This document shows, in pieces, positions 55,218-61,900 of a stretch of 64,000 bases of DNA; position 1 is the stretch's first letter, and the number at the start of each line of letters is the position of its first letter. This stretch comes from Candidatus Saccharimonadota bacterium. Its GTDB lineage: Bacteria > Patescibacteriota > Saccharimonadia > Saccharimonadales > Saccharimonadaceae. Below the pieces are notes generated by a model, which saw nothing but the letters and a program-made list of their open reading frames with translations, did no database searches and had not been told where the DNA came from. The stretch covers positions 1,596-65,595 of the forward strand of contig JAFWHT010000012.1 in NCBI GenBank assembly GCA_017511965.1. Direction: 5' to 3'. Made by a program: the position numbers and the translations under genes.

Positions 55218-55642
55218 TATTTAATCTCCTTTGGATTTTGCGCCACGTGGGTATGTTCCGCGCCTGCAAAGACACGAAGTCTCTTCAATCGCTCGGACGC
55301 CAATTTATTTTTTGGCATCATCCCCTTCACGGCTTCAACTATCGCTCGAGCAGGTTCTTTTTCAATCACTTCTTCCAAGCGAAGTTCTTTAATTCCACCA
55401 GGGTATCCACTATGACGGTAATACTTCTTCTGAATCATTTTATCTCCGGTTACCACTAAATTTTTAGCATTTACCACTACCACAAAATCACCATTGTCGA
55501 TATGTGGAGTGTAAGTCACCTTCGATTTACCCATTAATTTATCAGCAATCACTACCGCTAATTTACCAAGTGGCATACTCCCAGCGTCAATCAACCACCA
55601 TTCACGCTTAATTTCGTTTCCTTTTTGACTATAAGTTTTCAT
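55217..55642 (-). CDS. rplM: 50S ribosomal protein L13
   Basis: 141 aa with REWWLIDA...YTPH.D.GDFVVVVNA...YYRHSGYPGG. Confidence 0.95.
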   Translation of the reverse strand: MKTYSQKGNEIKREWWLIDAGSMPLGKLAVVIADKLMGKSKVTYTPHIDNGDFVVVVNAKNLVVTGDKMIQKKYYRHSGYPGGIKELRLEEVIEKEPARAIVEAVKGMMPKNKLASERLKRLRVFAGAEHTHVAQNPKEIK

Positions 55643-56043
55643 TACTTAGCCTCCTTCTTCGCCGGCGCTTCCTTTGTCTCAAACGAAATTTCATCTACGA
55701 ATGCAATCGTACCCATTTCGGCATTGTCACCTCGCCGAAAACCAGCACGTGTAATTCTTAAATACCCAGAATCTCGCTTAATTTGCGGCGCAATTTTATC
55801 GATAAGTAATGTAGCTGCTTCTAAATCACCTAACCGTGCAATAATTAGCCGACGATTAAACAATCCACCCTTTTTTGCACGCGTGATTAACTTTTCAGCT
55901 TCCCCACGAATCTCTTTCGCGCGCGCCAGAGTCGTGGTAATTTCTTGTTCCCGAATCAAAGAGCTAATTAACCCCCGCACTAAAGCCCTTCGTTGATCGG
56001 TCTCACGGCCAAACTTTCGGCCCTTATATCCATGGCGGTGCAT
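55642..56043 (-). CDS. rplQ: 50S ribosomal protein L17
   Basis: 133 aa beginning MHRHGYKGRKFGRETDQRRAL. Confidence 0.95.
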   Translation of the reverse strand: MHRHGYKGRKFGRETDQRRALVRGLISSLIREQEITTTLARAKEIRGEAEKLITRAKKGGLFNRRLIIARLGDLEAATLLIDKIAPQIKRDSGYLRITRAGFRRGDNAEMGTIAFVDEISFETKEAPAKKEAK

Positions 56044-56993
56044 TATATATTTAACTCCATTAGCTTTTCTTTAACTTCGTCCAATGCTTTCGTCCCAAAG
56101 CCCTTCAAATCTTTAAGATCGTTCTCCGAAAGCATTACTAGGTCTCGAATCGTCTTGATGTCATTATTAAGAAGTGCGTTAGCTGTCCGTGCCGACAAAT
56201 CAAGCTCTTCAATTGGTAACATCAAACCAGAATCATCTTCTTCCTTGTTCGAGCCAGGCGCTGGCGTCGATTCAACTGTAGTCGAACCAGCTAATGCGAT
56301 GTATTGATTTACCAAAATCGCCGCCGCTTCTTCAAACGCCTCACGTGGTGTCAAAGTTCCGTCAGTTTCAACCATCAAAGTCAACTGTTGCAAATTGGTA
56401 TCTTGTCCTACGCGAGTGTTCTCAACTTTATAGCGCACGCGCAAAACTGGCGTAAATACTGCATCAATTGCAATCATGTCGCTATGTACTCTATTTTCGC
56501 TCGATTCGTCAATCGTAAGATATCCTCGGCCCGATTCAACGATAAATCGCATTTTTAAAGTCTTTTTCGGATCATCAATGTGGCAAATCACTTGGTGTGG
56601 ATTAGCAATTTCCACTTCCGCTGGTAATTTAATATCACCTGCTACCACGCGCTTATCACCATTTTTTTCTGATTGCTTATCGCCCTTCATTTCGAGCGAA
56701 AGCTCAACCGGCGCATCCGTATGTACTTTAAAACGAATCGTCTTTAAGTTTAGCATAATATCAACTACGTCTTCGCGAATGCCAGGAATCGTAGTAAATT
56801 CATGGCTCGATCCATCGACCGAAAAAGCCGTAATCGCTGCACCCTTTACGCTTGAAAGTAAAACTCGACGTAAAGAGTTACCGAGAGTATTGCCATACCC
56901 ATAATAAAGCGGCTTGACGATGAACTCTGCTTGCGTCTTACTGATTTCTTTAACTTCAGCAAGCGCTGCTTCGTGGATATTTTTCGTTGTCAT
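56043..56993 (-). CDS. rpoA: DNA-directed RNA polymerase alpha subunit
   Basis: GNTLGNSLRRVLLSS motif and a C-terminal domain with LSARTANAL. Start set at MTTKNIHE, with GGAG right after the rpsD stop. The track start is 57029. Confidence 0.92.
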   Translation of the reverse strand: MTTKNIHEAALAEVKEISKTQAEFIVKPLYYGYGNTLGNSLRRVLLSSVKGAAITAFSVDGSSHEFTTIPGIREDVVDIMLNLKTIRFKVHTDAPVELSLEMKGDKQSEKNGDKRVVAGDIKLPAEVEIANPHQVICHIDDPKKTLKMRFIVESGRGYLTIDESSENRVHSDMIAIDAVFTPVLRVRYKVENTRVGQDTNLQQLTLMVETDGTLTPREAFEEAAAILVNQYIALAGSTTVESTPAPGSNKEEDDSGLMLPIEELDLSARTANALLNNDIKTIRDLVMLSENDLKDLKGFGTKALDEVKEKLMELNI

Positions 56994-57006
56994 ATTCCTT
57001 TTCTCC

Positions 57007-57624
57007 TTAGCGTGAGTAATACTCAACAATTAATTGTTCATTAATACCAGGTTCTACCTCTTCGCGTTTCGGTAAACCTGTAATTTCGATTTTCATTTTC
57101 TTGCCGTCGACCTTCATCCAGGAAAGCGGAGTTGCCCCCGACACTCCAATGATGTTCGCAAGATTTTTGAAATACTCAGTTTTACCTGATTTCGACTTTA
57201 CTTCAAGAACATCACCCGGGTTCAATCTAATCGATGGGACATCGATTTTACGACCGTTCAACATAAAGTGTCCATGTGATACTAACTGTCTAGCTTGACG
57301 ACGAGTTAATGCAAATCCCGAGCGAAACACTACGTTGTCTGCTCGTCTTTCCAAAAATTCCAATAACTTTTCGCCAGTTAAACCTTCGGCTCGCTGAGCC
57401 TCATGCATCAATTTTGCAAATTGTTTTTCAAGTAATCCGTACATCCGGCGCACTTTTTGCTTTTCGCGAAGTTGCGTTAAGTATAGGCTACCGCCTCGTA
57501 CTCTCTTATCGCCATGTTGGCCCGGAATACCAGACTTCTTCGCCATAATTTTGCGCGCTTTTGGCGCCAACGCCACCCCTTCGCGCCGACTTTGTTTTAC
57601 AATTGGAGAATTATCCCTAGCCAT
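57007..57624 (-). CDS. rpsD: 30S ribosomal protein S4
   Basis: 205 aa with YLTQLREKQKVRRMYGLLEKQF and an S4 RNA-binding domain. Confidence 0.95.
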   Translation of the reverse strand: MARDNSPIVKQSRREGVALAPKARKIMAKKSGIPGQHGDKRVRGGSLYLTQLREKQKVRRMYGLLEKQFAKLMHEAQRAEGLTGEKLLEFLERRADNVVFRSGFALTRRQARQLVSHGHFMLNGRKIDVPSIRLNPGDVLEVKSKSGKTEYFKNLANIIGVSGATPLSWMKVDGKKMKIEITGLPKREEVEPGINEQLIVEYYSR

Positions 57625-58061
57625 TATGGTTTCCTTTCTCCCTTTGGTCGCACACCACCATGTGCAATCGGGGTTACATCTGTAATACTATCAATCTTAA
57701 TGCCAACCGTCGAAATTGCCCTCACAGCCGCATCGCGACCAAGTCCAATTCCCGAAACAAACACGTCAACCGAGTTCAATGCGTGATTCTTTTTTGCAGC
57801 CTCAAGAGCTTTCTCTGCTGCAACACCTGCCGCAAAAGCTGTACCCTTTTTTGAACCACGAAAACCGTTTGCACCTGCACTTGACGCAGACAAAACCCCG
57901 CCGTTTTTATCGGTTACACTAATAATCGTATTATTGAAGGTTGATTGAATATGTACCGCCCCCGCATTAACAATTCGTTTAACCTTTTTATTCTTTTTCG
58001 CCTTCGTAGAAACTTCCGGAGTCTCTGCGACAGTCGTATTTTTAATTTCTTCTTCTGCCAT
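57624..58061 (-). CDS. rpsK: 30S ribosomal protein S11
   Basis: 145 aa with VHIQSTFNNTIISVTD...GSKKGTAFAA. Confidence 0.95.
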   Translation of the reverse strand: MAEEEIKNTTVAETPEVSTKAKKNKKVKRIVNAGAVHIQSTFNNTIISVTDKNGGVLSASSAGANGFRGSKKGTAFAAGVAAEKALEAAKKNHALNSVDVFVSGIGLGRDAAVRAISTVGIKIDSITDVTPIAHGGVRPKGERKP

Positions 58062-58070
58062 ATTACTCCT

Positions 58071-58457
58071 TTAAGTTTTACTCGCTGCTTTAGGTTGCGC
58101 TCCACCAACTGCAATCGCCTTACCCTTACGCGTACGTGCATTCGTTCGGGTGCGTTGACCGTTGACTGGTAACTTCGCCTTGTGACGCATTCCTTTATAG
58201 GAATTAATGTCTTTAATTCGTTTGATATTATTGCTCACGAGACGGCGCAAATCACCTTCAACATGGTATTTTCTAGAAATAATGTCGTTGATTTTTTGTT
58301 CGTCAGCCTCGGTGAGATCTTTCACCCGAGTGGTAGGCTCGATTTTAGCCTCCGCAAGGATTTTTTTACTGGTCGTTCTTCCAATTCCGTAAACGTAAGT
58401 CAATGCAATCCAGACTTGCTTTTCGGAAGGAATCACAACGCTAGCAATTCTAGCCAT
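58071..58457 (-). CDS. rpsM: 30S ribosomal protein S13
   Basis: 128 aa with [10 protein letters not shown]...[17 protein letters not shown]. Confidence 0.95.
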   Translation of the reverse strand: MARIASVVIPSEKQVWIALTYVYGIGRTTSKKILAEAKIEPTTRVKDLTEADEQKINDIISRKYHVEGDLRRLVSNNIKRIKDINSYKGMRHKAKLPVNGQRTRTNARTRKGKAIAVGGAQPKAASKT

Positions 58458-58461
58458 ATAT

Positions 58462-58578
58462 TTAACCCTGCCTTTGCTTATTCTTAGGTTTTTTCTTATT
58501 GATGACTCTTAAGACACCCTTCCGGCGAACTATGATGTCATCAGGTGATATTTTTTTAACACTTGCACGTACTTTCAT
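58462..58578 (-). CDS. rpmJ: 50S ribosomal protein L36 (Cys-free type)
   Basis: Not in ORF track (38 aa). Hand translation gives [38 protein letters not shown]. It sits in the canonical position between infA and rpsM. Confidence 0.9.
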   Translation of the reverse strand: MKVRASVKKISPDDIIVRRKGVLRVINKKKPKNKQRQG

Positions 58579-58607
58579 AGTGTTATAAATACCTTTCCTT
58601 CTTTTAA

Positions 58608-58667
58608 GTTGTAAAAATTTCTTTTAGCTTGTTGCAACGAAGCTAAAACGTTGTGATTTTTACAACG
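58608..58667 (-). ncRNA. Structured infA-rpmJ intergenic RNA element (nested/alternative hairpins)
   Basis: Outer inverted repeat gttgtaaaaat (58608-58618) / atttttacaac (58656-58666). Inner stem ttttagctt (58622-58630) / aagctaaaa (58640-58648). A competing hairpin cgttgt-gattttt-acaacg lies at 58649-58667. Confidence 0.45.
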
Positions 58668-58674
58668 GTTGATA

Positions 58675-58899
58675 TTAATCTCTGAGTCGGAAACTGATTC
58701 TGCCCTTTGTAAGATCGTAGGGGGTTAACTCAACTTCGACTCTGTCGCCCGGGACCAAACGAATGTAGTTTTTTCGCATTCGCCCGCTCATATGAGCGAC
58801 AATAATATGACCATTCTCGAGTTCCACTCGAAACTGAGTATTAGGCAACGCCTCAACAACGCTACCCGTGAGTTTAATCACTTCCTTTTGACTAGCCAT
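58675..58899 (-). CDS. infA: Translation initiation factor IF-1
   Basis: 74 aa with an S1-like fold sequence: [66 protein letters not shown]. Confidence 0.95.
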   Translation of the reverse strand: MASQKEVIKLTGSVVEALPNTQFRVELENGHIIVAHMSGRMRKNYIRLVPGDRVEVELTPYDLTKGRISFRLRD

Positions 58900-58912
58900 A
58901 AATTACCCTCCC

Positions 58913-58941
58913 AGTATAGCACATAAATCAAGCCTTGTAAA
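58913..58941 (-). promoter_or_regulatory. Sigma70-type promoter for infA-rpmJ-rpsM... (TTTACA-17-TATACT)
   Basis: Minus strand: TTTACAaggcttgatttatgtgcTATACTgGGAGGgtaatttATG. Confidence 0.55.
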
Positions 58942-58966
58942 CCCCATTTTTCAAGCAAAAACCCAA

Positions 58967-61900
58967 TTACCGCGCCACGCAACGGATATTGTGACCAAAA
59001 GCGATATTTGAGGAATAAGAATCATTATAGCTTGCGTTATGGTTGAAATAATAGGCCGTATTAAATACATACATCGGGCCTCCGGCGGTTGAGGACCAGT
59101 AAGAGCCGGCATCACCGACACCCTGTAATTCGCTACCCTGATCAATCGCCCCACCTCGTGTAAAGTAAAGCGGTGAGGCAATCAGTCCAGAATCAGTAGA
59201 ATTTACGCCGTTATTATACAACCGGTTTAGCTCCTTAAACTCGTCAACATGGCCTGTAATTTCATTGGCGATAATCGGCAATCGCCAACCTTTCGGACAA
59301 ATTGAGGTCTGCGGATTTTGCGAAGGGTCGGTTTCTGTGCCATTAGAATACGCACCGGAATCGTTTACTGCTAGCGCGGCGGTCCAGTTGTAATAGTTCC
59401 CTATTCTACTATGGCGATTAGTTGAGCCATCCCAATAAGCCTCACCCGGATCGGCCGAAGCAAGGCCATTATCACCAAACGCACCAACCCAGCCCGCAAC
59501 GCTCTCACCAACATTCAAGCCTTGGATGTTGATAGTTGAAACATCTGGAGTCCAGTCGCTAGAAATATCCGTATCGGCCGGGGTGTAAGTCTTCGTCGCG
59601 TCGATATCGTGGTCTAGGTTTTCGATCATCCAGCAGTTGCCGTCTTTGAGTTTCGCCACCGAATAAGTTTTGCCATCACGCGTGTCTTTTAGGACCGCCT
59701 CGGTCCCAACCGGCGTAGCCGAGCAAATACCCGGAGTCATTTCTTGCATGGTAGAAATTTGTTCGAGTGGGGTAGGTTCGGCCCATTGGGCGTAAAGGGT
59801 GATGGTTTCGCCTTTACCGACGAGGTCGGTAACTTCTTGTTCGTTAGCATAGGAGTCGCCGGTGCCGTCGTTTTTAGTATTCCACCCGGTAAAGACCTTG
59901 GGGTTATTCGTAAATGTATTAGCGGAGAGTTTAGTCGCAACATCGGTATAAATAGTTTGGTCGGGCATATCACCGGAGCCACCATTGGCGTCAAATTTTA
60001 CCGTATAGTTTTCTCTCGCAATGCAACGCACCGCCGTACCAGAAGATTTTGCATAGTTACTGGTGCCTGGATACAATCGTTTGAGCGCGGGATTTAACGT
60101 AAAAATATATGCAGCGTTTTCGTTTGCGGCAGTAGATGTGTAAAGCATAGTATAAGCACTATTTTTCTCACTATTAGTCTGCCAGTCGCCATTTTCATGA
60201 AAATTGTTGGGGTAATCCCTAAGGGCATCCATGGCAGTTTTGCCCGATACGTTAGTTTCGGTACCTTGATAATAGAAATTATTTTGTGGAGCAAAACCCA
60301 TAATACTCAAACTTAGTTGCCAATAATCGCTATTTGTCGCATTGGCTACACCTCCACCTTTTGGTAGGCGCCATCCAGCTGGACAAATAGAGCCAGAAAC
60401 ACTAGTATTATTAGTGGTTATAGCACTAGTGCCATTTCCAGCGGTAGCCGAATACCAGTTATAATAATTACCGCGGGAATAGATTTTAGCAGTGCCACCG
60501 CCCCAAACCGTTATCGGATTTGCTGTATTGCTCGTATTGAGTTTCGATTGATCATAACAGTGTACGCCGAGCTGAGCATCATTTGAGAGACACCAGTCAT
60601 CCGAAGTGGGCGAAAGGTGGTTTGATGTAGTACCATTATAGACATTTACAAGTGGGAGGATAGGATTATCAGTATTTTCGCGAGTAATCTCCGCCGAATC
60701 ATCCAAACGAAGATTTTCGATTGTCCAACATTTATTATCAGCAAGTTTAGCGACAGCATAAACTTCATTATCGCGAATGTCAGTTAAGGCGGTAACATCA
60801 CCAATATTCATGCTATTGCAGCCATTCCAGTTTTGTAAGTTCCCAGCCGAAGGGATCCAATTTGCATAAAGATACAGACCTTTTATATGAATATCAGGAA
60901 GGTCAACAACCTCATTTGGGCCATAACTTATGCCAGTGCCATCGGCTTTAGTGTTCCAACCGGCAAAACCATAACCTTCACGTTGGAAATTTGAAACTCT
61001 TAGCATTACACTAGTCGTATTAACTACGACGCCCTGATCAGACATCGTGGTGGGTGAATTCTCTGCGCCGTTGCTATCGTAATGGATGAGATATCTTGGA
61101 TAGCCCCATTGGGCGTAAAGGGTGATCGTTTCGCCGGCGGTGGTGAGGTCGGTGACCTCTTGTTCGTTGGTGTAGGAATCGCCGGTGCCGTCGGGCTTAG
61201 TGTTCCAGCCCACAAAAGGCTCGGTATTAGTAAAAGTATTAGCAGAAAGCTTAGTCGCAATACCGACTTGGATGGATTGGTCCGCCATATCACCAGAGCC
61301 ACCATTAGCGTCAAAAGAAACCGTGTAGCGCTCATCAACAACGCATCGCGCTGGCATTCCGGTAAATTTACTAGCCGAAGAAGTCCCCGGATTAACCGAC
61401 TTACTAAAGCTTACCATACCAAAATTATAGGCATTGCCATATTCTGAGTAAAACGTAGAAGTCCAGAAACTCCCAATAGTACTACGATTATTTGGACTAT
61501 CCTTTTCATACCTGCCAGAGTAAACAAAATTGTTTGGGTATTTTGTCATAATTTTAATTAATTCCTCTCCTTCGTTGAGGTAGATTGGTTGATCTGTATT
61601 ATCGTAATTACTTGGCTGGACGCCATTATTAAAGTGGTTCACAATTAGATCCCAGACATCGTTATTGGTCTGGTTATTTTTATCTCCGCCTCTTGGTAAA
61701 CGCCAACCAGCTGGACAGATTGAGATGCTAGAAAGCGACACATTTCGAATCAGTACTTTGTCCACGTTAGCGACTATCGCTGTCCAAGTATAATAATTTC
61801 CTAGTGAATAAATATTTTCCGTGCCGGTCCACGAAGTCAAAGTTTCAACTGCGTTAGCGGTATTGATATTATTGTAGCGTGGCATTTGCGTATTATTATT

